The notes beneath the pieces were generated by a model. That model saw only the letters and a list, made by a program, of their open reading frames with translations, was not told the origin of the DNA and did no database searches. A program made the translations under genes and the position numbers. A stretch of DNA of 64,000 nucleotides from the human T2T-CHM13v2.0 reference genome, Homo sapiens. The stretch lies in NCBI RefSeq assembly GCF_009914755.1, contig NC_060935.1. One strand, given 5' to 3'. Position 1 is the first letter of the stretch. The number at the start of each line of letters is the position of its first letter. This document shows positions 45,791-64,000 of the stretch, one piece after another.

Positions 45791-48002
45791 AAAGGCGATT
45801 TCAAAAATTTATTTGCATTTTGTTTTAACATAGTTATGACCCACCTTCTGAAATTATACAATTTGGTGTAACTGTCTTCACTGAATATGTCATGGGCATC
45901 TCCCCCATGTTATTAATAATTTTATTTTGAAATGGCTGTGTAGTCTTCCATTGACTAGATGGACAGTAGTGCTAATTGTTGATCACTAATGCTATAACCA
46001 ATTTTCACTGTTATTCATTGAAGAATATCTTTATGCATAGGGCTATTTCCCAATGTCAAGTTATTTCCTTAGGATAGATTCCCAGAGGTGGGATTATTAA
46101 ATTAAATAATATGGAAATCTCTGAGGCCTTTATTACATATTGACAAAATGATTCCAGAAATGTTTGCATCCATTTACATCACAACCAGCAAGGATAAATG
46201 TGTCCATCTTGCCAGTATTGAGTATTATCATCTGACTAAATATTTGCTAATGTGATAATGAAAGAGTAGTGACCCACACTCCCCTGGGCAGGCACTAACT
46301 CCCTCTAGCTCCTTCCACACCTTAACCTCCCCACCTGCGGTCCCTCACCAGGCTTGGACAATTCCTGCAAGAGACTTAGGGAGACCAGCTCCACAGGCTT
46401 CTATGCTTTGACCTTTACCCCCATGGTGGGACCTTGACAGGATCTACTGGTAGCCCTCTGAGATCTAGGTCAAAGTTGAGGCCAAGAACAAGGTGGGTTG
46501 AGAGCCAGGGATGTGTCATGTGCGCATGCACGTGTCTGTGTGTGTGTTGGGGAGTAGTTCAAAGGAAGAGGGGTTAGGGTGGGTGGAATGAGGCAGAATC
46601 ATCCAGGGCTGAGAAGTCTAAATCTGGAAGGAAAGGGATGGGAACAGGGAGAATGGCTTTTTCTGTCAGAGAGAGCCGAGGGGGAAGTGGCAACAATGAG
46701 AGATGCTCTGAGTTTGAAAGAAGGTAGGAGAAGAAAGTTGCCACGACCCACTTATGGGGACACTCTAGAGGGAGTCTATGTCTCATCCTTTACTTCGACA
46801 CCTGAGACCACCCCCACGCTCCTGGATCTGTCTGCAGAAGCTGTCAGATGCTGGGCCCTTCCCTTCCCAGAGACGCATCTTTGACCCTGCTACAGCTCCT
46901 GCTCCTCTTCTGTCTGTCTGTCTTCCCATCCCAAAGCCCCAGCCCTGGGGCACAGGCCTGAGCTGCACATGTTAGAGAGGGCTTGTTAGTGGCTGTGTCC
47001 AGGAACTTAGACAGCTCCTTTGTTTGGCTTTCTTTCCATATCCTTTCAACCTCTTCTTTCCTCGTCCAAACCATTCAAGTAGGAGGCGTGGGGCCCGGGG
47101 CAGGAGTTTTAGGGGAGGTAGCCTGGTCATAGAGACAGGAAGAAGATGAAGCCATGCTTCACTTACTCTTTGCTGCTGTGTTCTCTTCTTACCTCCACAC
47201 AAAGTCTCTCCTCACCTTGCCTGAAAGGATACCTCATCGTCTGCAGTGGAAGCTTCTGGAAGACAAGATGGTCCCTTTCTTCCTAATACTCATGGCCTCA
47301 CCTGCCGAATGTGAGCACATGCTGACACAGACACACATTTCTTCAGGCTCCAAATCCCTTCCTCATGATTGGGGATGTGGTCACACCCACAGCACACACC
47401 CCCTTTTTCTTTATCCCTTAGCGGATGTAACATTTACTCTTCTGGAAAAGTCCGAAAACTTTGCCCAAGAAAGGTGCATTCCAGAGAGAAATAACATTAA
47501 AACTGGATATTCCAAGGGGCACAGGAATTGGCCAGTTGTCTAGAACACTGAAAGCATAGGGAAGCCCCAGAGAGCTCCAAGAACTTTGATGTTGTCACTC
47601 GTCACTTACTGAGAACATGGACAGAAGGTGCTTCAGGTCTGTGAGGGTCAGAGATGCAGAGGTCACAGAGCTACTCCAGCCCCAGGAGAACTTTGTATTT
47701 CAAAAGCAGGTGTTCCCTCATGGTAAGGAGGTAATATCCCCTCGGACAGCGATCAGAGCCCAAATGGCCTTCTATCACCACAGCGGCTATGATGGGGAAG
47801 GCAATGATGGGGAAGTACAGAAGACTTGACTTGACCTGGGTCTTCAGTCCAAGATCAAACATTTCAAATGGGACAGTCTAGGCATGAAAAGCACGTGCAG
47901 TGTTAAAGACACATCACTATTAATCATATTCAGAGTTCTCAAGTATTTCAGGATTAAGGAACAAGGACTGAATGGGATAGACGGAGGCACAGTTTTTTAA
48001 AT

Positions 48003-48015
48003 TTTATTTTTTATT
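48003..48015 (-). terminator. TRIM21: Tandem AATAAA polyadenylation signals of TRIM21
   Basis: TTTATT at 48003-48008 and 48010-48015, about 360 nt past the stop codon. Confidence 0.8.
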
Positions 48016-48375
48016 TTTAGGAAGCCCTTTTGCAAACCATACAAGATATAATAGAGATCTCACCAAAGACGACATCCTAGAGATGGAGAGGAGAAAAAAA
48101 AAACTTAAGTCCCATAAAGAAGGCAGAAACATGTTTTTGGTTGATCAAGATGAGTTTGGGCCAAATATAAGGAGGCTGCTTCACTGGAGGGAATCACAAA
48201 GCCATCTGGGGCAGGAATGTTGATGGTGAAGTGACTTCCCTGCTAAAGCTCGCTTGCTGGGATCCGGATGCCTCTGCAGAGACAAAGGTGGTTCAGAGTT
48301 CATGGGGAAAAGAGGCAGGGTTTGTGGCTGAGAAGCGGTGCCAATGGGGAGAGTGGCAGTGTCCAGAGAAAGCCA

Positions 48376-53497
<5,122 letters not shown>

Positions 53498-53609
53498 TGT
53501 CAAGTGTGCCGTTAAACAGCAGTGTGGAGACCTTTAGGGGGTTTGGCTGGGAGAGAAGAAGAAAGGGAAAAGAGAATATGAGAAAGTCTGTGTAAGAAAA
53601 ACAAAAAGT

Positions 53610-55330
53610 CAACATAATCCCTATCAAAATACCAATGACATTCTTCACAAAAATAGGAAAAAACAATCCTAAAATTCATATGGAATCACAAAAGACTCAG
53701 AATAGCCAAAGCTATCCTGAGCAAAAAGAACAAAACTGGAGGAATCACATCATCTGACGTCAAATTATACTGTAGAGCTAAAGTAACCCAAACAGCATGG
53801 TACTGGCATAAAAACAGACACATAGACCAGTAGAATAAAGAACCCAGAAACAAATCTGTACATCCACAGTGAGCACATTTTCAACAAAGCTACCAAGAAC
53901 ATACAGTGAGGAAAGGACAGTCTCTTCAATAAATGCTGCTGGGAAAACTGGATATCCACATGCAGAAGAATGAAACTACACTCCTATGTCTCACCGTATA
54001 CAGAAATCAAATCAAAATGGATTAAAGACTTAAATCTAAGGCCTCAAACTATGAAACTATTACAAGAAAACATTGGGAAAACTCTCTAGGACATTGGACT
54101 GGCAAAGATTTCTTTCAAATATCCCACAAGCACAGGCAGCCAAAGCAAACTTGGACAAATGGGATCACATCATGTTGAAAAGGTGCTGCACAGCAAAAGA
54201 AACAATCCACAAAGTGAAGAGACAGCCCACAGAATTGGAGTAAATATTTGTAAACTATCCATCTGACAAGGGATGAATAACCAGAATATATAAGGAGCTC
54301 AAACAACTCTATAGGAAAAAAAATAATAATCTGACTCAAAAATGGACAAAAGATCTGAACAGACATTTCTCAAAAGAAGTCATACAAATGACAAACAGGC
54401 ATATGAACAGTTGCTCAACATCATTGATTATCAGAAAAATGCAAATCAAAACTACAATGAGATATAATCTCATCTCAGTTAAAATGTCTTTTCTCCAAAA
54501 GACAGGCTATAACAAATGCTGGTGAGGGTGTGGAGAAAAGGGTACACTCATATGCTGTTGGTGGGAAGGTAAATTAGTACAATCACTACAGAGAACAGTT
54601 TGGAGGTTCTTCAAAATACTGAAGATAGAGCTACCATATGATCCATCAATCCCACTGCTAGCATATACCCCAAAGAAAGGAAATCAGTATATCAAAGAGA
54701 TATCCACACTTCCATGTTTACTGCAGCACGTTTCACAACAGCCAAGATTTGGAAGCAATCTAAGAGTCCATCAACAGATATATGGATAAAGAAAATGTGG
54801 TATGTATACACAATGGAGTACTGTTCAGTCATAAAATATAATGAGATCCTGTCATTCACAACAACATGAATGGAACTGGAGGTCATTATGTTAGGTGAAA
54901 TAAGCCAGGCACAGAAAGACAAACATTGTATGGTCTCACTCATTTGTAGAAGCTAAAAATTAAAACAATTGAACTCATGGAGTTAGATAATAGAAAGATG
55001 GTTACCAGAGGCTGGGAAGAGTAATAGGGAGGGTCTGTGTGTGGGGGAGAAGATGGGATGGTTAATGGGTACAAAAGTGGAGTGAATTAGATCTAGTATT
55101 TGATAGTACAACAGGGTGACTATAGTCAATAATTTAATTGTACATTAAAAATAAGAGTATAATTGCATAGTTTGTATTACAGATGATCAATGCTTGAGGT
55201 GATAGATGCCCCACTTACCCTGATGTGATTATTACACATTGTATACCTGTATCACAATATTCCATATACCCATAAATATACCTACTATGTGCCCACAAAA
55301 ATTAAAAATATACTAAAAAAAGAAAAACAA
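53610..55330 (+). mobile_element. L1MA/PB 3' part in TRIM21 intron 1, antisense to the gene
   Basis: ORF2 C-terminal region, 3' UTR and A-rich tail. Confidence 0.85.
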
Positions 55331-55370
55331 AATGATGCAAAGGAAAATAAAAAATAAGAATAAAAATAAT

Positions 55371-55770
<400 letters not shown>

Positions 55771-56432
55771 AGTTTGTTGAATAAGTTTATTCCTGTTCTG
55801 AATAACAAGAACTCCTCCATTGTTTGGTCCATTGATCCAGTGAGACAGAAGGAGAAACTGAGTCCCTAAAAGAGGGAATGAAAATTGGCAAGAACCTCAT
55901 AAAGCTGTTGACAGTTCTACTCTCATCATGTCCATTCCTGCTTAAACCCTCAGTGCTCATCCATCTCCTGTCGGGTACCAACAGGCCTCCATGTTGCTGA
56001 GAAATTATAGCTACTTTTTACCATGTACCTTCCATGTGCCAGAGATACTTCATGCTTTGAATATATCTTCATTAATCCCTCCTATAACGGCGGAAGTCAG
56101 TTGCATATATGTATGTAGGTGTATATGTATGTATACACACAGAGTAACAGGAACCGTGGCCAGCACTCCCTGGGCTCTTTTCTCAGCTGCTCCAAACTTA
56201 GTTTAGTTCCTGACAACACTTATTCTAGGACAAAGAATAATTCTGAAGGCCTATACATTTCTGGTTGAACATCCTAAACAGCCTGCCCCTCTCACCTCTG
56301 GAGGACTTTTGGACCTGGGAGTCTCCAGAATTGCAGACCTCCCCGACACTGGGCTCCCTACCCTCCTGGCTAGGCTGTAGTCCTGGCTATCCCAGCCACA
56401 CCCAGCCGTCATCCTAGGTCAGGTGCCAGCAT

Positions 56433-56582
56433 GGGGGCAGCCGGGCCCCTTCCCCTTCTGGGTAACTCCACAGTCACGTCCACAACCCAGCCTCCTCCCA
56501 GGTAGGGGGCAGCCGGGCCCCTTCCCCTTCTGGGTAACTCGGCAGTCAGGTCCACACCCCAGCCTCCTCCCAAGCAGGGGGC
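56433..56582. repeat. 72-bp GC-rich tandem repeat (2 copies plus start of a third), TRIM21 intron 1
   Basis: Units start at 56433, 56505 and 56577 (gggggcagccgggccccttccccttctgggtaactc...). Confidence 0.9.
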
Positions 56583-56749
56583 CAGCACCGGAAGCGCAGC
56601 TGGTCTTGGGTTGAGGGATCCCTGGTGGGAGAAGGGGCAAATGGGACCGGCTCAAGGATGGAGACTGGAAGGGGCTCTGCAACCCTGGGGCAGGGGAGAG
56701 AGGTCCCCTAGGAGGGCAGGGGTCCCTTGATCTAGTGGGGTTCACTCAC

Positions 56750-56815
56750 CTTTACAGGGAACTCAACGCTGGTAGCCAGCTCCCTATTTCACTTTCAGTT
56801 TCCGCTCAGAAGCAA
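56750..56815 (-). other. TRIM21: TRIM21 non-coding exon 1 (5' end approximate)
   Basis: Consensus donor AAAG|GTGAGT at 56750/56749 next to the ISRE and GC-rich promoter. Confidence 0.8.
56787..56803 (-). promoter_or_regulatory. TRIM21: ISRE/IRF element with three GAAA cores
   Basis: GGAAACTGAAAGTGAAA on minus; TRIM21 is an established interferon-induced gene. Confidence 0.88.
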
Positions 56816-57454
56816 GTCTGAGAGGAAAGGGGAGGGAGGAGGAGGAGCCGTGGGAGGAGTGAGGGAGGAGCAGTGGGAGGAGCAGAGCCTTGAAAGGGTG
56901 TGTGGAGAAATGCGGCTGAGAAGAGAAGTCAGAGTTGAGCTGGGGGAGGCTTCAGAGGCTCTGCATGCCCAGGAGGCTTCTCTGAGACTGGGAAGGAGTG
57001 GAAACTCAGTAGCCCGTGGTCCTGGTTGCGCGCTCCCTCCCATGTCTTCATTATCTGATTTGGTAAAATATCTACAAGACGGGGGAGTCCGGGCTGCTTT
57101 CTTTGACACTGGTCATCACTCCACACCTAGACGCTATGTCCATGTCTGGAAGCTGCTTTTAAGGAAGTTTTGATGCAGAGAAGAGTGGCCGGTGCTCTTC
57201 CTCGCATGCCACCATCTGCTTACTTCCAGAAGCTAATTATTTTCATGTGACTGATGTGACTAATATTTTTTAACGCCTGCAGGTGAGTGATTTATTTCGC
57301 ATGACCCCAAGGTGAGTGTCCCACCAGTGAGTGGTGAGAAGGAAATTGACATTTGACAACCAACTGTGTTCTTGTCACTGAGCTAGGGACATTCTCAGGT
57401 TATATTATTTTTATTTTTAATCGTAAAAATATAGAACATAAAATTTACCAAAGT

Positions 57455-58773
57455 AATTTTTTTAATTTTCAATCTTGTGTGTCTATAGTAGGTGTATATA
57501 TTTGTGGGGTACATGAAATATTTTGATACAGGTAGAGCATACAATCCGTAATAATCATATCAGGGTAAGTGGGGTATCTATCCATCACCTCAAGCACTTA
57601 TCATTTGTGTTATATACAATCCAGTTATATGCTTTTAGTTATTTTAAAATGATAAATTATCATTGACTGTATTCACCTTGTTATGCTATAAAATACTAGA
57701 TCTTATTCATTCTCTCTCATGTATTTTTGAACCCATTAATCATTCCCCACTACCCTTCCCAGCCTTTGGTAACCATCATCCTCTCTATCTTCATGAGTTG
57801 GATTGTTTTAATTTTTAACTCCCACAAATAAGTGAGAACATAACAATTTGTTTGTTTGCCTGTGTTTGGTTTATTTTACTTAACATAATAATCCCCAATT
57901 CCATCCATCTTGTAGCAAATGAAAGGTTCTCCTTTTTATGGCTGAATAGTGCTCCATTGTGTATGTGTACCACACTTTCCTTATCCATTTATCTGTTGAT
58001 GGACACTTACGTTGCTTCCAAATCTTGGCTATTGTGAATAGTGCTGCGATAAACATGGGAGTGCAGATATCTCTTTGATATACTGATTTCCTTTCTCTTG
58101 GATATATACCTAACAGTATTTCTTCTGGGTATATACCTAGCAGTATCCAGTAGGATTGCTAGATTATATGGTAGCTCTATTTTCAGTTTTTTTTTTTTTT
58201 GAGGAACCTTCAAATTGTTTGCCATAGTGTTTGTACTAATTTCCATTCCCATTGACAGTGTATGAGGGTTCCCTTTTCTACATATCCTTGCCAGCATTTG
58301 TTATTGCCTTTCTTTTGGTTAAAAGACATTTTAACTGAGGTGAGATAATATCTCGTAGTTTTGATTTGCATTTCTCTGATGATCAGTGGTGTTGAACACA
58401 TTTTCATATATCCATTTGCCATTTGTATGTCTTCTTCTGAGGAATGTCTATTCAGATCGTTTGTCCATTTTTGAATCAGGTTATTATATTTTTTTCCTAT
58501 AGAGTTGTTTGAGTTCTTTGTATATTCTGGTTATTAATCCCTTGTCAGATGGATAGTTTGCAAATATTTACTCCAATTCTGTGGGTTATCTCTCTACTTC
58601 ATTGTTTCCTTTGCTGTGCAGAAGCTTTTTAACTTGATGTGATCTCATTTGTCCAGTTTTGCTTTGGTTGCCTGTGCTTATGGAATATTTGAAAGAAATT
58701 TTTGCCCAGTCCAATGTCCTGGAGAGTTTCCCCAATGTTTTCTTGTAGTAGTTTCATAGTTTGAGGCCTTAGA
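57455..58773 (-). mobile_element. L1MA 3' part, cut off by the younger L1PA
   Basis: L1MA 3' UTR and ORF2 tail; stops at gaggccttagat. Confidence 0.8.
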
Positions 58774-59938
58774 TTTTTTTTTAAATTATACTTTAAGTTC
58801 TAGGGTACGTGTGCACAACATGCAGGTTTGTTACATATGTATACACGTGCCATGTTGGTGTGCTGCACCCATTAACTCATTTACATTGGATATATCTCCT
58901 GATGCTATCCCTCCCCCCTCCCCCCACCCCAGGACAGGCCCCAGTGTGTGATGTTCCCCTTCCTGTGTCCATGTGTTCTCATTGTTCAATTCCCACCTAT
59001 GAGTGAGAACATGCGGTGTTTGGTTTTCTTGTCCTTGCAATAGTTTTCTGAGAATGATGGTTTCCAGTTTCATCCATGTCCCTACAAAGGACATGAGCTC
59101 ATCCTTTTTTATGGCTGCATAGCATTCCATGGTGTATATGTGCCACATTTTCTTCATCCAGTCTATCATTGTTGGACATTTGGGTTGGTTCCAAGTCTTT
59201 GCTATTGTGAATAGTGCCACAATAAACATATGTGTGCATGTGTCTTTATATCAGTATGATTTATAATCTTTTGGGTGTATACCCAGTAATGGGATGGCTG
59301 GGTCAAATGGTATTTCTAGTTCTAGATCCTTGAGGAATCGCCGTACTGTCTTCCACAATGGATGAACTCGTTGACAGTCCCACCAACAGTGTAAAAGTGC
59401 TCCTGTTTCTCCATATCCTGTCTATCACCCATTGTTTCCTGACTTTTTAATGATCACCATTCTAACTGCTGTGAGATAGTATCTCATTGTGGTTTTGATT
59501 TGCATTTCTCTGATGGCCAGTGATGATGAGCATTTTTCCATGTGTCTGTTGGCTGCATAAATATCTTCTTTTGAGAAGTGTCTGTTCATATCCTTTGCCC
59601 ACTTTTTGATGGGGTTGTTTTTTTCTTGTAAATTTGTTTGAGATCTTTGTAGATTCTGGATATTAGCCCTTTGTCAGATGAGTAAATTGCAAAATTTTTC
59701 TCCTATTCTATAGGTTGCCCGTTCACTCTGATGGTAGTTTCTTTTGCTGTGCAGAAGCTCTTTAATTAGATCCCATTTGTCAATTTTGTCTTTTGTTGCC
59801 ATTGCTTTTGGTGTTTAAGACATGTAGTCCTTGCCCATGCCTATGTCCTGAATGGTATTGCCTAGGTTTTCTTCTAGGGTTTTTGTGGTTTTAGGTCAGA
59901 ATAACCAATGCAGAGAAGTCCTTAAAGGACCTGATGGA
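58774..59938 (-). mobile_element. 5'-truncated L1PA (1.1 kb) ending in a 41-bp inverted ORF1 piece (59898-59938)
   Basis: T tail, L1PA 3' UTR, ORF2 C-terminus; junction ttttaggtc|agaataaccaatg. Confidence 0.92.
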
Positions 59939-62290
59939 ATGGTGCTATCCAGCCCAGATACTATGCTTTTCCCATGGTCTATGCAACCCACGGACCAGGA
60001 GATTCCCTTGGATGCCTACACCACCAGGACCCTGGGTTTGAAGCACAAAACTGGGTGGCTGTTTGGGCAGACACTGAGCTAGTGGCAGGATTTTTCATGC
60101 CCCAGTGGCGTCTGGAACACCAGCGAGACAGAACTGTTCACTCCCCTGGAAAGGGGGCTGAAGCCAGGGAGCCAAGTGGTCTAGCTCAGTGGATCCCAAC
60201 CCCATGGAGCCCAGCAAGCTAAGATCCACGGGTTTGAAATTCTTGCTGCCAGTGCAGCAATCTGAAATTGACCTGAGATGCTTGAGCTTGGTGGGGTGAG
60301 GGGCATCCACCATTACTGAGGCTTGAGTAGGCGGTTTTCCCCTCACAGTGTAAACAAAACTGCTGGGAAGTTCGAATTGGGTGGAGCCCACCAAAGCTCC
60401 GCAAACCTGCTGTAGCCAGACTGCCTCTCTAGATTCCTCCTCTCTGGGCATGACATCTTGAAAGAAAGGCAGCAGCCCCAGTCAGGGGCTTATAGCTAAA
60501 ACTCCCATCTCCCTGGGACAGAGCATCTGGGGGAAGGGGTGGTGGTGAGCACAGCTTCAACAGCCTTAAATTTTCTTGCTTGCCAGCTCTGAAGAGAGCA
60601 GCGGATCTCCCAGGACAGTGCTTGAGCTCTGATAAGGCACAGACTGCCTCCTCAAGTGGGTCCCTGACCCCTGTGCCTCCAGACTGGGAGACACTTCCCA
60701 GGAGGGGTCAACAGACACCTCATACAGGAGAGCTCTGGTTGGCATCTGGCGGGTGCCCCTCTGGGACAAAGCTTCCAGAGGAAGGAACAGGCAGCAATCT
60801 TTGCTGTTCTGCAGCCTCTGCTGGTGATACCCAGGCAAACAGGGTCTGGAGTGGACCTCCAGCAGACCTGTAGCAGAGGGGCCTGTTAGAAGGAAAACTA
60901 ACAAACAGAAAGCAATAGCGTCAACATCAACAAAAAGAATGTCCACACAAAAACCCCATCCAGAGGTCACCAATATCAAAGACCAAAGGTAGATAAATCC
61001 ATGAAGATGAGGAAAAACCAGTGCAAAAAGGCTGAAAATTCCAAAAAACAGCACACCTCTTCTCCTGCAAAGAATCACAACTCCTCGCCAGCAAGGGAAC
61101 AAAACTGGATGGAAAATGAGTTTGATGAATTGACAGAAGTAGGCTTCAGAAGGTGGGTAATAAGAAACTCCTCTGTGCTAAAGGAGCATGTTCTAACCCA
61201 ATGCAAGGAAGCTAAGAAACTTGAAAAAAGGTTAGAGGAATTGCTAACTAGAATAATCAGTTTAGAGAAGAAGATAAATGACCTGATGGAGTTGAAAAAC
61301 ATAGCATGAGAACTTCATGAAGCATACACAAGAATCAATAGCCGAATTGATCAAGAGGAAGAAAGGATATCAGAGATTGAAGATCAACTTAATGAAATAA
61401 AGCATCAAGACAAGATTAGAGAAAAAAGAATGAAAAGGAACAAGCAAAACCTCCAAGAAATATGGACTATGTGAAAAGACCAAACCTCCATTTGATTGGT
61501 GTACCTGAAAGTGACAGGGAGAATGGAACCAAGTTGGAAAACACTCTTCATGATACTATCCAGGAGAACTTCCCCAACCTAGCAAGACAGGCCAACATTC
61601 AAATTTGGGAAATACAGAGAACACCACAAAGATACTCATCAAGAAGAGCAATCTTAAGACACAATAGTCAGATTCACCAAGGTTGAAATGAAGGAAAAAA
61701 TGTTAAGGGCAGCCAGAGAGAAGTGTCTGTCCACACAGGGAAGCCCAACAGACTAACAGCGGATCTCTCTGCAGAAACCCTACAAGCCAGAAGAGAGTGG
61801 GTGCCAATATCAACATTCTTAAAGAAAAGAATTTTCAGCCCAGAATTTCATATCCAGCCAAACTAAGCTTCAGAAGCAAAGAAGAAATACAAACCTTTAT
61901 AGACAAGCAAATGCTGAGAGATTTTTGTCACCACCAGGCCTGCCTTACAAGAGCTCCTGAAGGAAGCTCTAAATATCAAAAGGAAAAGCTGGTACCAGCC
62001 ACTGCAAAAATATACCAAATTGTAAAGACCATTGACACTATGAAGAAACTGCCTCAACTAACAGGCAAAATACCCAGCTAGCATCATAATGACGGGATCA
62101 AATTCACACAGATCAATATTAACCTTCAATGTAAACAGGCTAAATGCCCCAATTAAAAGACACAGACTGACAAATTGGATAAAGAGTCAAGAACCATTAG
62201 TGTGCTGTAGTCAGGAGACCCATCTCATGTGCGATGACACACATAGGCTCAAAATAAAGGGATGGAGGAATATTTACCAAGGAAATAGAA

Positions 62291-62329
<39 letters not shown>

Positions 62330-63866
62330 CAGAGGGTGCAATCCTAGTCTCTGACAAAACAGACTTTAAACCAACAAAGAACAAAAAAGAAAAAGAAGGG
62401 CATTACATAATGGTAAAGGCATCAATGCAACAAAAAGAGCTATCATAAATATATATGCACCCAATACAGGAGCACCCAGATTCATAAAGCAAGTTCTTAG
62501 AGACTTACAAAAAGACTTAGACTCCCACACAATGATAGTGGGAGACTTTAACACCCCACTGTCAATATTAGACAGATCAAGGAGACAGGAAATCAACAAG
62601 GATATTCAGGACTTGTACTCAGCTCTGGACCAAGCAGACCTAATAGACATCTACAGAACTCTCCACCCCAAATCAGAGAATATACATTCTTCCCTGCACC
62701 ACATTGATTGTACTATTCTAAAATTTACCACATAATTGGAAGTAAAACACTCCTCAGGAAATGCAAAAGCATGGAAATCATAACAGTCTCTCAGACCACA
62801 GTGCAGTCAAATTAGTACTCAGGATTAAGAAACTCACTCAAAACCACCCAACTACATGGACACTGAACAAACTGCTCCTGAATGAATACTGGGTAAATAA
62901 TGAAATTAAGTCAGAAATAAATAAGTTCTTTGAAACCAATGTGAACAAAGACACAAAGTACCAGAATCTCTGGGACACAGCTAAAGCAGTGTTTGAGGCA
63001 AATTTATAGCACTAAATGCCCACAGGAGAAAGCAGAAAAGATCTAAAATTGACACCTTAACATCACATTGAAAATAACTAGAGAAGCAAGAGCAAACAAA
63101 TTCAAAAGCTAGCAGAGGCAAGAAATAACTAAGATCAGAGAAGAACTGAAGGAGATAGAGACACGAAAAACCCTTCAAAAAAAAAATAAATGAGTCCAGG
63201 AGCTGGTTTTCTTGAAAAGATTAACAAAATAGATAAACTGCTAGCCAGACTAATAAAGAAGAAAAGAGAGAAGAATCAAACAGATGCAATAAAAAATGAT
63301 TAAGGGGCTATCACCACTGATCCCACAGAAATACAAAGTACTATCAGAGAATATTGTAAACACCGCTATGCAAATAAACTAAAAAATCTACAAGAAATGG
63401 ATAAATTCCTGGACACATACACCATCCCAAGACTAAACCAGGAAGAAGTCGAATCCCTGAATAGACCAATAACAAGTTCTGAAATTGAGGCAGTAATTAG
63501 TAGCCTACCAACCAAAAAAAGCCCAGGACCAGATGGAGTCACAGCTGAATTACACCAGAAGTACAAAGAGGAGCTGGTACCATTCTTCTGAAACTATCCC
63601 AAACATTAGAAAAAGGGGAACTCCTCCCTAACTCATTTTGTGAGGCCAGCATCATCCTGATACCAAAACCTGGCAGAGAAACAACAACAAAAAAATTTCA
63701 GGCCAATACCCTAATGAACATCAATGAGAAAATCCTTAGTAAAATACTCATAAACCAAATCCAGCAGCACATCAAAAACTTATCCACCATGATCAAGTTG
63801 GCTGCATCCCTGGGATGCAACGTTGGTTCAACATACGCAAATCAATAAACATAACCCATCACACAT
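59939..63866 (+). mobile_element. L1PA (about PA7/8): partial 5' UTR, disrupted ORF1 (from about 61007) and ORF2 (from 62089), 3'-truncated
   Basis: MRKNQCKKAENSK ORF1 start, MTGSNSH ORF2 start, multiple frameshifts. Confidence 0.92.
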
Positions 63867-63867
63867 T

Positions 63868-64000
63868 AATATTCTCTGATGGTAGTTTGTATTTCTGTGG
63901 GATCAGCGCTCATATCCCCTTTATTATTTTTTATTGTATCTATTTAATTCTTCTCTCATTTTTTAAATTATACTTTAATTTTAGGTTACATATGCACAAC
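63868..64000 (-). mobile_element. Antisense L1 ORF2 piece (63868-63957) followed by the tail and 3' end of another L1PA
   Basis: Reverse complement of 63868-63957 is homologous to 63266-63355; then ttttaaattatactttaattttagg. Confidence 0.8.

Noticed and set aside
46570-47870. Cluster of 60-130-aa ORFs downstream of TRIM21
   Set aside because: Overlapping on both strands, with no recognisable domain or coherent exon structure
57220-57235. TTCCAGAAG as a STAT/GAS site
   Set aside because: Spacing is TTC-N2-GAA, not the canonical TTC-N3-GAA

Overview
Human-type genomic DNA (AluY, L1PA, TRIM21 protein matching the human sequence as I recall it), consistent with the 11p15.4 olfactory-receptor/TRIM region. 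Genes, left to right: (1) an intact, intronless SSU72-like CTD phosphatase retrogene (minus, 1747-2331) with a TATA promoter and a duplicated module carrying DUX4-type motifs; (2) OR52B4 (minus, 30453-31396), here a 1-bp-deletion frameshift allele; (3) OR52B3P (plus, 41394-42339), broken by one extra C; (4) the complete 7-exon TRIM21/Ro52 gene (minus, CDS 48376-53497, 475 aa) with an ISRE at its start. Most of the rest is L1, Alu, LTR, DNA-transposon, L2 and MIR sequence. The two most notable observations are the DUX4-motif promoter on an intact phosphatase retrogene, and one idiosyncratic L1 ORF1/ORF2 inversion junction that occurs twice, in opposite orientation, 42 kb apart (17431/17432 and 59897/59898). 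Repeat subfamily names and comparisons with consensus or reference sequences are by eye and from memory; old-repeat boundaries are approximate.
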